From assembly GCA_964016885.1 (NCBI GenBank), contig OZ024740.1, positions 316,138,001 through 316,202,000 on the forward strand: a stretch of 64,000 nucleotides of DNA. The letters are read 5' to 3'. Each line of letters opens with the position of its first letter. Position 1 is the stretch's first letter. A program made the translations under genes and the position numbers. The DNA is from Eledone cirrhosa (Eukaryota). Positions 1-15,045 of the stretch are shown here, piece after piece. The notes under the pieces were generated by a model. The model was not told where the DNA came from, did not search any database, and saw only the letters and a list, made by a program, of their open reading frames with translations.

Positions 1-341
1 TTACAGATAGTTAGGTTATTAGCGTCACAGAATTCCAGGATTCTGAAGCCCTCCTCATTTCTATTTCCAACCCCATAGCCTCTATGGATTCCATCATAGC
101 CATCACTATGTTGTCCAATGAGACCGTTTAGATCGCCAGCAATAATTAAGTAGTCGCTGTCGGTTATTTGGGAGGTAGTGTGCATTAGTGTCTCATAGAA
201 CCTGTCCTTTATAACGTTAGGTAGACCAGATTGGGGTGCATAAGCGGATATCATTGTCACAGTAGTTCTATTTAGAACTAGTCTTATTTTAATTATTCTG
301 TCATTCACTCTATTTACGTCAATTACCTTATCTACCCATTT
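1..341 (-). mobile_element. RTE LINE sister-family fragment (AP endonuclease region), 5'-truncated, runs off the window's left edge
   Basis: Colinear with 41624-41963 of the intact RTE at roughly 80% identity by eye; ends at the (CAT)n tail of an older RTE. Confidence 0.85.
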
Positions 342-735
342 ATCATCATCATCATCATCATCTTTGTTTTACATCTGTTTTTCCATGCTTGCATGGGTTA
401 GATGGGTCCTTTTCAACACAGCATCTCTCTACATGCTGCGCTCCTTTGTCATCTCCTCTGTAACTCTCAGCGATTTAAGGTCAGCTCTCACAACTTCTGC
501 CCAACTTGATCTACCTCTACTGTGGCTTCCTTCAACTGGGATTTCCTAGCACTTTTTCCAGTGGTCACCATCCATGCACATCACATGTCCATACCAATGC
601 AGTTTTTCTCCCTTGCATACTACTTCGAATTCCTCTTAAACCCAGTTTCTCTCTCAGTTTTTCCAAACTCTGCCTTTCTCTCATATTTACATTACACATC
701 CAACTTGATGATAAATGTGCATTTGCCTAGAAAGA
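342..735 (-). mobile_element. Degenerate old RTE 3' end (ORF C-terminus, stem-loop, (GAT)n tail)
   Basis: (CAT)n, then ccatgcttgcatgg hairpin, then cacatgtccatacca (reverse complement encodes WYGHV). Confidence 0.75.
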
Positions 736-749
736 TTGTCAGGGATCTT

Positions 750-925
750 CATCCATCATCATCATCATCCCCGTTTAATGTCCATGTTTCCACGCTGGCA
801 TGGGTTAGACGAGTAATCCTGTTGTGAGCAATGCCAGGTCAAGTGACCATGTCTTGCTCATACAGAACTGATTTTGGCTTAGCTTCTACATGTAGATGCC
901 CTTCCTAGCACCAACCTCATTTACA
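750..925 (-). mobile_element. RTE 3' UTR/tail fragment
   Basis: (CAT)n, ccacgctggcatgg and gatgcccttcctagcaccaacc match the 3' UTR at 32500-32670. Confidence 0.75.
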
Positions 926-939
926 GTACAATACAATTA

Positions 940-1290
940 AGGCTGGTGGATGGACATAATCATTAGAATATCAGATAAAATACCTTGCAATATTTGTTAT
1001 GAGACCTTACATTCTGAGTTCAAATCCTGCTGAGGTTAGCTTTGCCTTTCATCTTTATGGGGGGTCTAAAAAATAAAGTACCAGTAATGCACTGGAGTTG
1101 ATTCAATTGACTTTCCCTCTCACCCAAAATGGTTGGCCTTGTGCCTAAATCAGAAACCAGTATTTGTAATGACACTTTACATTCTTTACATTCTTAGTCT
1201 AAATCCTGCCAAGGTTAACTTCAATAAAGTACTGGAGTTGATATAATCGATTTTCTTTCCCCTCACCCATAAATTGCAGGCCTTGTGCAT
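940..1290 (+). mobile_element. Two degenerate tRNA-derived SINE copies (Meta-domain-like family)
   Basis: B box gagttcaaatcc, core gcctttcatc...aaataaagtaccag, tail ggccttgtgcc. Confidence 0.7.
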
Positions 1291-1299
1291 GTTTCTGTT

Positions 1300-1475
1300 C
1301 TTTTTTCCCCACTTATTCCTGAGAGGGTTGTGTGAGCAGAGTCCTCAAACACTCCTCCTTCCAGTGGGTCCTGTCAGAAGCAACCATCTCCAACTGATCT
1401 GGCTAGATCCCCAAGTGAGACCAACCAAGCTCATGGATGTTATCCAACCATCTTGATTAGGGTCTACTCCTGTTC
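1300..1475 (-). mobile_element. 3' end of an Expander/Rex3-like RTE (related fragment at 11790-11905)
   Basis: Minus strand reads RP*SRWLDNIHELGWSHLGI...ASDRTHW; similar to 23400-23480. Confidence 0.6.
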
Positions 1476-1734
1476 CTAAATTGGAAATTATAAAATTGAA
1501 AATCAATATATATGAAGAATTTTAACAGTTTAATGGGCGTTTTTTGGGACTTTAGAATTGGTTTAAAAAATGAATCCATTGAATATGTAGTAATTATATG
1601 GAATGGAATAAATGATTTACATATTTATTAGTGAAATAGAGCAGCAAGAATATCTTAACTGAATTAATGAAGTAATTGAACTGTTTAAGGCTAGAAGAAA
1701 GAGATTTGGGTAATTAGGAATTAGAGTTGGTTTA

Positions 1735-2195
1735 GACTGGAGAGAGGGGAAGAGGGAGAGAGAGTGGGGTGAGTGAAAGAGGATGGAGAGAGGAGAGAGA
1801 AGAGGAGAGGAGAGGAGAGAGGGGTGGAGTGAGTGAGAGAGAGAAGAGGGTAGAGAGAAAGGGGAGTGAGTGAGAGAGGGTGGAGAGAGACTAAGAGAGA
1901 GAGTGGTGGAGAGAGACAGAGACGATATAGAGAGAGACAGAGAAGATATGGAGAGGAAGAGTGAGGGGAGTGAGATGGAGAGATAGATAGAGAGAGAGTG
2001 GGTGATATATATATATCGAGAAAGGGGGTGGACAAAGAGAGATGGTTTGGAGAGAGAGAGAGAGGATGGATGGGGACAGAGAGGAGGGATGGAGAGAAAG
2101 AGAGAGGGTGTGGAGAAAGAGGAGGGTAGAGATAGAGGGGATTGAGTAAGAGAGAGAAGATGAATGGAGAGGGGGGGGGGAGAAAAAGAGAGATT
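1735..2195. repeat. GA-rich polypurine low-complexity tract
   Basis: Degenerate (GA)n/(GGAGA)n; explains the Ser/Leu/Pro-rich spurious ORFs. Confidence 0.9.
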
Positions 2196-2833
2196 ATAAA
2201 GCAATGAAATAAATATATGGTTGGAATAAGGATAAATCAAGTAATTAAATTTACACTTTCTTGTATTTGTTTTTGTATTTGTTTCCCAAAGCTGAATCTG
2301 TCTTGATAAAGTGTTAAAGGGTTGCTTTAAATCACAATATCACATATGGGAAGGTTTATTACAAGTTATTCCATGTTGTGTATGTTGAGTGGGAGCTCTT
2401 TATTCTATGTACCACAGTAGGTATAATACACAGGTCATGATTCAGTATTTTGTGTTAGGAAGAATGTCTTAACCTTTTAGTTACCAACCCAGCCAAAACC
2501 AGCCCTGCTCCTATGAAATAAAACCATCCATTTTAAAGGTATATCCATTCAGTCACCTATGTGAAAATGCAAAAGAAAGAACATAGAATAGCTCAATCAG
2601 AGCTAACTTGACACTAAACAGATGTAACAACAATGACATCTTTTAGAAAACTGCTCCAGATTCTGATAACTGAATGAAGGAAGTTGCTATACAGAATGTA
2701 GGTCTTTTATATTCAACATGGAGAGGACATGTGTAAGAATAAAGGTGATGTAATTCATCAAACAACTGTCTCTCTCATAATATTATGGCTGCTTAGTTTC
2801 TGGTTCTGGTTCTATAAAACAAAACCATCCATT

Positions 2834-3065
2834 TTAACCTTTTAGTTAATCCAGCCAAAACCGGCTCTGGTTCTCTAAAGCCACCCATTTTAAAGGTTTC
2901 TAATTTAAATTAAAATTTTACAACATCATTTTATATAAGAACCTTACATAAAGTTACTATCTTTGTAATGAAATAATTAATAATTTTAATAAATCCCTCA
3001 AAATTCTTCATTAATTAATTGAAATAAAGTGTATTTCATTAGAAATATGGTTATGAAAGGATTAA
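2834..3065. mobile_element. piggyBac-like MITE family A (also 2469-2540, 11411-11631, 20621-20850, 47120-47645)
   Basis: Ends ttaaccttttagtta... and ...atgaaaggattaa (TTAA-CCCTT/AAGGG-TTAA type termini); recurs across the window. Confidence 0.65.
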
Positions 3066-3642
3066 TGTAAGTCTATAAACTACTAAAACTCTGTGATTTA
3101 ATACAGCCAAAATGGTGCATAATGGGAAAATACTTTGAAAGGAAGTTACCCCTGAAATGGGAATACAAATAGAATAAAACATGTTTCGCATAAATCGGAG
3201 CATGTATTCCCAAGATACGGGGTTTTACTGAGTACCTTCATGAATAGAGAGAGAGAAAGAGATAGTGGTTGTGAGAGAGTAGATTGAAAGAGAGACATAG
3301 AGAGAGATGGAGATAGAGAAGGAAAATGGAAGAGAGAGATGGAGATAGAGGAGGAAAATGGGAGAGAGGGAGAGAGAGCTGGTGGTGTTGTTGAATGAAA
3401 TTATAACAGGTGACTTCAAAGAATTAAATACAGCATTACTGTATCTAGCTAAAATTTGATAATTGGATATTAACTCTTATGTATCATATAACTTGTGTTA
3501 GGACAGCATGTGTGTAGTGAATATTTCCTGCTAAATAGGAAAGGTTTCTAAGTTTGTGCGTGTGTGACCAGTGTATATAGGCCACAGACACCCACATTTA
3601 TATATATACACGTATATACTATATATACATATATACACACAT

Positions 3643-3715
<73 letters not shown>

Positions 3716-3717
<2 letters not shown>

Positions 3718-5370
3718 GCTAAAGGTAAACCCCTCTACTTAGCTTTTGTCGACTTGGAGAAAGCCTTCGACAGAGTCCCCCGCTCCATTATCTGGTGGGC
3801 TCTTAGAAAACTAGGCGTTGACGAATGGCTTGTGAGGGCTATACAAGCCATGTATAAAGAAACAGTCAGCAAGGTTAGAATTAACAACGAATATAGTGAA
3901 GAGTTTAGCGTAAAAGTTGACGTCCATCAGGGCTCTGTTCTCAGCCCCCTACTATTTATTATTGCACTTCAGGCTATAACAGAGGAGTTCAAGACAGGCT
4001 GCCCATGGGAACTCCTATACGCAGACGACCTGACACTCATAGCGGAATCAATGGCCGAGCTAGAGAAGAAATTCCAAACATGGAAGCACGGCCTAGAGTC
4101 AAAAGGACTTAAAATTAACCTGGCTAAGACCAAAGTTCTAGTTTGTAGGAAAGAAAACAAGGCGGCAGTCCCTTCTGGGAAATGGTCGTGCTCGGTGTGT
4201 AGGAAAGGCGTAGGTAGAAACTCCATTTTATGTCCTAAATGCAAAGTATGGGTGCATAAAAGATGTAGTGGGATCACAGGTAAGCTAACTAAGAACATAG
4301 ATTTTACATGTGGCCGGTGTTCTGGTGCAATAAGTAGCAGCAAGTGCCCACAAAATACTAGCTCTTTCAATTGCGCAGAGGGTTCTATAGAAATAGTGGA
4401 CAGCTTCCGTTACCTGGGCGATAAAATCAGCAGTGGGGGAGGGTGCTCTGAAAGTACTGTAGCTAGAGTCAGAACTGGTTGGAAAAAGTTCAGAGAGCTT
4501 ATACCACTATTAGCTGCTAAAGGGTTCTCCCTAAAAATGAAAGGCAGGTTGTACGATGCCTGCATACGAACAGCAATGTTGCATGGCAGTGAGACCTGGG
4601 CATTGTGTGCAGAGGATATACGCAGACTAGAGAGGAACGAAGCTTGCATGCTCCGCTGGATGTGTAACAGTAATATACGTGAACGGCAAAGCATAAACGA
4701 ACTAAGGAAAAAATTAGAGATAAGAGGGATCAGATGTTGTTTACTCGAGAGAAGGCTACGTTGGTATGGACACGTGATGCGCATGAAAGTCGATAGCTGT
4801 ATAACAAAGTGCAGGGCAATAAAGATAGACGGTAGTCACGGAATAGGCAGACCTAGAAAAACCTGGGACGAGCTGATAAACTCCGACATCACACACTTAC
4901 ACCTCTCCAAGACAATGTCACTAGACCGAGACCTTTGGCGGTACTCAGTAACAGAGAAGACCCGCCTTACCTAAATATATAGTAAAACCTACTCCAGCCA
5001 GTAGGCATCTCTAACAAAATACACCCCGTCCCACCCCCACCACCCCCACCCCATCCACACCACCCCGTTCTATGTAAAGTTATGTTGGTGCCGCGCCATC
5101 CAGGCCGAAACAAATGAGATCGTGTAGGTGTCACGACAAAAAAACACACAGTCCACGCTGTAATGTGGCCGTGTAGGCAACACGGTAAAAACCTCCCAGA
5201 CCCACACTGTAAATGTGGTTGGTGTTAGGAAGGGCATCCAACTGTAGAAAACCTGCCAGACAGTCCTATGCGAGCAAGACAATCACTCTTGCCTCAAGTG
5301 GGACTACCCCCGTCCAAACCCATGCAAGCATGGAACACGGACGTTAAACGTTGATGATGATGATGATGAT
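3716..5370 (+). mobile_element. RTE LINE copy 1, 5'-truncated (RT half, PHD finger, 3' UTR, (GAT)n tail)
   Basis: ORF track 3571-4974 has FVDLEKAFD, QGSVLSP, YADD and RLRWYGHV. Homology starts at tagctaaagg straight after (CA)n(TA)n. Confidence 0.97.
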
Positions 5371-5685
5371 ATATATGAGCCTTCCAATTTCATTTTACAT
5401 TATATATATGTCTGTGTATATTTTAATTATTTAAAAATTATTTTAAAGTAAACATGATTTTAAAAGAATATTTTTAAGTGAACGTGACCCAATGGGTCAC
5501 GGGTGGTCTATCTTATAAAACAAAAGTTCACATGATTTTCACAGCTGGCTAACCCATGTTAACATACAAAGATCAGAGGATTGAAAAGTTCATCGGCTGA
5601 TCATGATACTCTCATGGAATGATCAATACTTCATAGTCGGCCTATGAACGTTTCTGCCTACCCTCATATTTATATATATATATCA

Positions 5686-5883
5686 CAAGGGTCAGCTCAA
5701 AAGTTCATTGGCTGACCAAGATACTCTCATGGAATGACCAAATGAGGTTTATTTTTCAACATAGTCCTTGGAAAGAAACAATGCAGTTATTGATAAGAAG
5801 AGTTGAAATTAATGCATGCAAGATTTCACAGCTCTAGCATTAATCCTTCATAGTGAGCCTAGGAACTTTTCAGCCAACCCTTG
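5686..5883. mobile_element. Mariner-type MITE (shorter relative at 5573-5666; partial copy at 44631-44780)
   Basis: Imperfect TIRs caagggtcagctcaaaagttc / gaacttttcagccaacccttg, followed by TA on the right; no ORF. Confidence 0.7.
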
Positions 5884-6309
5884 TATAAAAGTATCAAACT
5901 ATGTCTCTTTATTCAGTGCATAGCTTTGGTTTCATGGTATGAATGAGATAAAAGTTAAACCCCATGTCGATTAAATATTAGTCTACCACAGGTAGCACTC
6001 CTTAATGAGTTACTATCAGTTTCTAACAATCTAGTTGAACTGTAAGATAAAGTGTTCTGTCTTGAAAACAAACAATAAAATACCAATTACAGGTTTTAAC
6101 TTATGACCTAGTAGTTAAATATTTTGATATCTTGGAAATTTAAAATGTGTGTCCCAACGCAAATGACCATAATAATAGTTGATCTCTATAAATAACAATT
6201 GAGAAAATGAGGCAGAGTACACGTGGAGGCAAAGAGGAAGAAAAGAAACAAACAGGTGTCTTAGAATGGTTGAATAAGTCTGTAAATTTAGTTATTCATA
6301 CATTTCATT

Positions 6310-6990
6310 TATCATCATCTTCATTTAATATCTATTTTTCACACTTGCTTGGATTAGATGGCTTGTAACATGAGACTAGGCTAAACAGGTAACCATATCT
6401 TGCTCATATGTTCTATTTTGGGCTTGGTTCCTATGGAAGGATGCCCTTTCTAATGCTAACCTCTTTACGTTGTCTACTGGGAACATTTTATCATGACACC
6501 AGAACTACCACATTACAAGGTGCACTGGGTACTTTTTTGTTGTGACACCAGCACTACCATATTACAAAGTGAACTGAGTTCTCTTTTGTTTGGCACCAGC
6601 ACTCCCACATTACAGAGTGGAATGGGTGTTTTTTTGTTGTTGTGGCAACAGCACTATCACTTTACAGAGTGTACCAGGTTCATTTTTTTAACAGCAACAG
6701 CACTACCACTTTACAAAGTGGACTAGGTGTGTTTTTATTGTGGCACCATCTCTACCACTTTACAGAGTGGAATGGGTTTATTTTATCATAGCACCAGCAC
6801 TACCACTTTACAGAGTGGAATGAGTGTGTTTTATTGTAGCCCCAGCACCAGCGATGTCACTAAAGAGTCCTCTTAGCCTTTATATTTTCTCCTTCAGCAT
6901 ATTTCCAGACTGCTTGATTCTGTGTTCTCTTACATGAGGTTTAGTTTTCTCAGGTCATTTCTCATAACTTTGCCCCATGTCTTCTTTTAA
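6310..6990 (-). mobile_element. Old RTE 3' end with amplified ~49-50 bp 3' UTR subrepeat
   Basis: About 8 units of cactaccactttacagagtggactgggtg...gtggcaccag at 6460-6850, flanked by RTE tail and C-terminal remnants. Confidence 0.65.
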
Positions 6991-7329
6991 ATCATTCAAA
7001 CAACATGTCTAAAGTCTTTAGTGAAATGTTGACAGAAGTTGTTCTACAATGTGAAATCCCTGATGTTTACAGTAAGGTCTCACATATATAATATAGTGAG
7101 TTATAAAACGTTGGTTAACTATGCAGAAACTTCTTCCAGTAGTGCTTAAAATGCAGAACTCTCCCCTTGACTATTTTCCTTCAACAATATTGTTGGTATT
7201 CAGAATCAACTTTACTAGACTTCTATTTCTCTTTATATTGATCATTTCTAACTCTTGCCAACTGAGAAGAGTATGCTTCGCTGACCAGAAAATGTCCATT
7301 CCTTTCATCAGAGAGCTTTAAAGGCAACA

Positions 7330-7660
7330 TCATACCACCATCACACATCTATTTTCCATAGATGCATGGGTTAAATGGGCTGCCATGTATTGAAGTTAAA
7401 CTGGTCTACTCTGTTTTTGGCTTGATTTCTATGGCTGGATATCCTTCCTTATGCCAACCACTTTACAATATGTACTGGGTACTTTTTATCGTGACACTAG
7501 TACTACTACCTTACAGGGTGCACTGGGTACTTTTTGTGATGGCTCCAGCAGTACCACCTTACAGGGTGCACTGGGTACTTTTTGTTATGGCACCAGCACT
7601 ACCACCTTACAGGGTGCTCTGGGTACTTTTTGTTATGACACCAGCACTACTACCTGGGGT
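7330..7660 (-). mobile_element. Old RTE 3' UTR with about 4 tandem subrepeats
   Basis: ggctggatatccttcctt... followed by repeated accaccttacagggtgcactgggtacttttt units. Confidence 0.65.
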
Positions 7661-8469
7661 TAAGATATGCCTATGAGAAACGCAACTTTCAGCCTCCAAG
7701 ATGCATGGTAGATTTTTTAGACTTATTTTAGGTAAAAAATAGTGTAAGTAGATATCTGTTAGGGTTGTTTTTTAGTAGGTATGTATGGACACATAACAAT
7801 TGATGGAGTTGTAGTAGTGCCATCATAGCATATACGGCTGGTATTGGGCATTTTAGACCTGGTGAAGCCCATCCCCTCTCTCCCAGAATTCCGTATGCGG
7901 TCTGAATTCTCTCACCTCTTCTGTTCAAACTGGCTGTAACCAGCTGCTCATACCAATGTTAAGATATTGTTCTCAAAATAAATAACATCAAAATCTCATA
8001 GATTCGACATTATGTGAGATAATTATGTAAGATAAAGGCTTTACCATGAAAATACAATAGTATATATAGAGTAATGTAAATGTTAAAAGGATAAAAGGAA
8101 AAGTTGATCTTGGTTGGATTTGAACTCGGAGAGTGCACAGAGCCAGAACAAATACTGCAAAGCATTCTATTGGACATTCTAACAACTCTGCCAATTTGCT
8201 GTCTTTATTGTAAATACTAAATATAAATCCATCCAAAGTTTTGATGATTTTCAAAATTAATTGAAACGCATAATTAGAGTATTTCATTAGAAATATGGTA
8301 ATGAAAGGGTTAACTGGCATCATGGTTAATTAAGATTTAAATTCCTGAGGTTGCCACTAATTATAAAATATTTTAGCATTTACATTTAACCTTTTCATTT
8401 TTAAGCTGATGTTTGGAACATTACTTAACATAAATTTCTTTTTAAAAAAATTTGAATGAATATATTAAA

Positions 8470-8740
8470 ATGGCTGAGGTCAACTTTGCCTTTCATTCAT
8501 TCCAGGTCGATAAAAAAGTACCAGTCAAGTACTGAGGTGGATTCTTCCTCAGTATCTCTTTCTCACATTCATTCTCTCACTCTTTATCATTCTCTGGAAG
8601 AAACCTGGAGAGGAGATGAGCTCTGCCAGATTAAAAAATATCCTAGAAATGATGTATGTCAATACAGCATCCTTATGACTCCCTTGAGAGTTACGGGATC
8701 ATGCATGTATATTAAAATGGGGACTTTTGTATCATAAAAT
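8470..8740 (+). mobile_element. Meta-like SINE with alternative ~250 bp tail (also 25180-25500, 47980-48310)
   Basis: SINE core followed by shared ...ggagatgagctc..ccagg...gtcaat...actccc..gagttac tail in three copies. Confidence 0.6.
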
Positions 8741-8766
8741 CAGAGACGTTTGAGGTGGTTTGATGC

Positions 8767-8767
<1 letters not shown>

Positions 8768-8836
<69 letters not shown>

Positions 8837-8871
8837 CCACCACCACCACCACCACCATCATCATCATCACC

Positions 8872-8902
<31 letters not shown>

Positions 8903-8960
8903 CCACCACCACCACCACCATCATCTTCATCATCATTATCATCATCATCATCATCTTCAT
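8768..8960. repeat. Expanded (CAT)n/(CAC)n microsatellite, the tail of a minus-strand RTE end (8960-9045)
   Basis: Directly abuts the ccatgctggcatgg RTE hairpin; poly-His/Ser/Asp/Met ORFs are artefacts. Confidence 0.9.
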
Positions 8961-9212
8961 GTCCACTTTTCCATGCTGGCATGGGTTGGACGAAATGTTT
9001 TGAGACAGTGTTTTATAGCTGAATGCCCTTCCTGATGCGAACCCTTTTATTTGCCTCTTACAGAGAGGGATAAGGTGTAGCTATTCTAAAAACTGGTATA
9101 CATACACTTTTTCATAGCTCTATGTTCAAATTTATCTGGGTATTGACATTCTTTTTATCCTTACCATCATCATCGTTTAACATTCATTTTTCCATGCTAG
9201 CATGGGTTAGAC

Positions 9213-11215
<2,003 letters not shown>

Positions 11216-11919
11216 GGTTAGACAATAGTTTTCATAAAATCCATATTTGTAGTACACTAGAGTTGTGTCAGTTGACTATAACTTAAGTCTCTTTAATGAA
11301 GCTTTTGTAAGAATTTAGTAATGTAGGAAGAAAAGTTATGAAAGTGTTTGGAAAGTTGATAAATATATTGAAATGGAAAAGTAACAAATAAAAATGATCC
11401 ACATCATTGGTTAACCCTTTCATGGTCCATTTCTAATGAAATACACATTTTAATTAATTAATGAAGAATTTTTAGGGATTTAATAAAATTATTAATTATT
11501 TCATTACTAAGATAGTAACTTAATGTAATGTTCTTATATAAAATTATGTTGGAAGATTTTAATATAAATTGGAAACCTTTAAAATGAGTCATTTTATTTC
11601 ATAGAATCGGAGCTGGTTTTGTCCAGGTTAATCATTTACAGAGAACCCTTTAAAATTATTTAAATAGTAAATATCAATGATGTTTGCATTGAAATAAATA
11701 TTTAATGTGATTGCCAGAGGATGGAGTTAACAAACGACAACGACAACTGAAATTTTAGCTGCATAAATATAGTTATATTCTTCTTCGCCCATTTATTCCT
11801 GAGAGGATCATGGGTGCATAGTCTTCAAACACTCCTTCCAGTGGGTCCTGTCAAAAGCAACCATCTCCACCAGTGGGTCCTGTCAGAAGCAGCCATCTCC
11901 AGCTGATATAGTTATAATA

Positions 11920-12130
11920 TTGATTTCTAATTTAAGTACAAGGGCAACAAATTTGGGGGAAGGGCAAAGTTGATAAATCAACCCAAGTACTTGATTGATA
12001 CTTTATTTTATCGACCCCGGAAGGATGAAAGACAAAGTTGACCTCAGCAGGATTTGAACTCAGAATGTAAAGAGCCAGAACAAACACTGCAATGACATTT
12101 TATCCGACAGTCTACCAATTCTGCCAAATA
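11920..12130 (-). mobile_element. Meta-like tRNA SINE
   Basis: ttatcgaccccggaaggatgaaag...ggatttgaactcag (reverse complement of core and B box). Confidence 0.75.
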
Positions 12131-12554
12131 TTAATTACAAACTTGAAGAGTTTACCCCCAGAACATTGTATTAGGGAAGGAAGAATTTTTTTCAAAGTAG
12201 ATCCCATATTTTTAGAGTGTATTGTGAATGATATATATTTTTCAAATGTTCTGTCTATCTCTGTGATGTGTTGTGCAGTTACTGCAATAGTTATTCCTGT
12301 TAGTAATACTACAGTTGCTTTAGTCAGCTTTAATGATCAGCAAGATGACACCCTATACACCCCCCACCCTGCTTTATTTTTCTTTCTTTCTTTTTTTTTT
12401 GTTTATTTTTTTACTTTCTTTCTTTTTTTTTATTAGCATCATTAATATTTCTTCTGTGTGCGCATGTTTAATAAAATGGGACTTGCTACTGTTGCTGTTA
12501 CTATTACTACTGTCATGTGCAGCTTTCATTCCCATAACCACCCTGCTGTCATTG

Positions 12555-12890
12555 CCTGCTCCTTGTTTCGCTCTCTCACTCTCTCCTCTCTTCAACTCTC
12601 TCTCTCTCTAGCTCCTTGTTTCGTTCTCTCTCTAGCTCATCTCTTCAACTATCTCTCTCTCTAGCTCCTTGTTTCACTCTCTCTCTTTCTAGCTCATCTC
12701 TTCAACTTTCTCTCTTTCTAGCTCCTTTCTTCAACTCTCTCTCTCTCTAGCTCCTTTCTCTCTCTCTCTCTCTCTCTAGCTCCTCTCTTCAACCTTCTCT
12801 CTCTCTTTAACTCATCTCTTCAACTCTCTCTATATAGCTCCTCTCTTCAATTCTCTCTCTCTTCTCTTCAACTCTCTCTCTCTCTCTATC
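12555..12890. repeat. CT-rich degenerate tandem repeat (ctagctc...tcttcaactctctct)
   Basis: Repeated motif visible directly. Confidence 0.8.
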
Positions 12891-13557
12891 ATAGCTGCCA
12901 CTTGTTCTGTATTGATTTTAGCAAATGTGTCCATAGCAACAGTATGAAATCAGTACATTACAACACACAACAGTTGATTGAGCCATAATAGAGATGACTG
13001 GATGGGAATATATTTAGCCAGTTCCTTCTTTAATATCTTGCATCAACAACCAGCTGTAAACACTGGCAACACTTTCTACAGTGGATCGCTTCTTACAAAC
13101 GGTAAAGTGAGAAGATTAACGACGACATACTCAGAAAAAACAACAAAAACAACAACAAAAATCAACCAAAAAAAAACAACAAAACATAAAAAAATAAAAT
13201 AAAGAGAAGGATTAAAACTACCTTACTACACCCGACAAAATGAAACATCTTTCCTTTATAATCAGCTTCCTATGACTTGTATCTAACACTGAACATTTTA
13301 TTTTCAAATCATTTTTTATTGTTGATACCATGAACACATCTATGTAGTCGCTTACCTTAATATCTAACAGTCATCACATACTTGTTGATAGGTGAGAAAA
13401 AAACAACTTTGTTTCTTTCTAATTCCTTTGACAATTTCAATGTTTTCGTTTCTCTTGTTAGAAATAACTTTTTATTTGCCCCCTTTTTTAATGTAATAAA
13501 TAATTTGTCCAATTTATTATTTTGAAAACTGGTTTTAAAAAAAAAAAAAAAAATATC

Positions 13558-13583
13558 TGTGTGTGTATGTGTGTGTATGCATG

Positions 13584-13614
<31 letters not shown>

Positions 13615-13790
13615 GTGTGTATGTATATGTATATATGTGTGTATGTATATGTATATATGTGTGTATATATATATGTATGTGTGTATATATATATGTGTGT
13701 GTGTGTATATATGTGTGTGTGTGTGTATATATATGTGTGTATGTGTGTGTATATATATATATATGTGTGTGTGTATGTGTATATTTATAT
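13558..13790. repeat. (TA)/(TG) compound microsatellite
   Basis: Visible directly. Confidence 0.95.
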
Positions 13791-14439
13791 TTGGTATTTT
13801 TTAATGTAAGAAATATTGTCTAAGTTATGCTTTTAAAAACTAGCTTGAAAAAAATTATATATATATATTTCTCTTTTTTGTTCTTTATTGTAAGAAAAAT
13901 TTGAAATATTTTATTTACACATCTACTTGTTAGATTTTATATGATTCACGTGTTTTATTGAATGTTTGAATTTCATTTAAATAATAGTTTATCAACAATA
14001 TACAGTCATAATTTAAGATACTAAAATTTAATTCTTTAGATGCAAATTCAGATGACAATAATAAAACATATATTTCATTCTCTTTCCCACACTCCTGCCT
14101 CTCTCACATACACATCTCTCTCTCTCTAAAACACACATACACTCACACACACACACTACATAACATAACCAGAGTCCAGAACATAAATGTATAATCTTAA
14201 TTAAACACAGATAATCATACATTTTTATGTTTATATATTTGATCTATTTATCTCTCTATTCTTGTGAATATAACTGAGGCCTCAAACACACACACATTCA
14301 TTCACCCACCCACACATATTCACCCACCCACACTTACTATAGCCTCTACTTTAACTCCTCCCACTAGCTATATTATCATCCCCACCTCTCTATTAATTCT
14401 CCACCAATCACACTTACCCATAGATATCACACCCACCCT

Positions 14440-15045
14440 CACACTATAAATCTACTATTTTAACTCCTCCCATCAACTACATTATCACACCACATGTACT
14501 ATAGCTTCTCTATTTTAACTCCTTCCATCAATTACATTATTACACCTACATGTACTATAGCTTCTCTATTTTAACTCCTCCCACCAACTACATTATCACA
14601 CCACATGTACTATAGCTTCTCTATTTTAACTCCTCCCACCAACTACATTATCACACCACATGTACTATAGCTTCTCTATTTTAACTCCTCCCACCAACTA
14701 CATTATCACACCACATGTACTATAGCTTCTCTATTTTAACTCCTCCCATCAACTACATTATCACACCACATGTACTATAGCTTCTCTATTTTAACTCCTC
14801 CCACCGACTATATTCTCTCTATTTAACCCCTCCCACCAACTATATTCTCTCTATTTATCTCCTCCCATCAACTATAGCCTGTCTATTTTAACTCCTCCCA
14901 CCAACTATAGCCTCTCTATTTAACCCCCCCCCCCCCATAACTATATCCTCTCTATTTATCTCCTCCCACCAACTATAGCTCTTCTATGTTAACTCCTCCC
15001 ACCAACTATAGCCCTTCTATTTTAACTCCTCCCTAACTACATTAT
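14440..15045. repeat. 55-bp minisatellite grading into ~35-bp subunits
   Basis: ccacatgtac recurs at 14601, 14656, 14711 and 14766. Confidence 0.9.

Noticed and set aside
2640-2740. Apparent exon ttttag...gtaag in the duplicated segment
   Set aside because: Stop codons in all three frames.
3571-3715. N-terminal HT-repeat extension of the 467-aa ORF
   Set aside because: Chance read-through of flanking (CA)n(TA)n; RTE homology starts at 3716.
8712-9035. Poly-His, poly-Ser/Pro, poly-Asp/Gly and poly-Met ORFs
   Set aside because: All are frames of a (CAT)/(CAC) microsatellite at an RTE tail.
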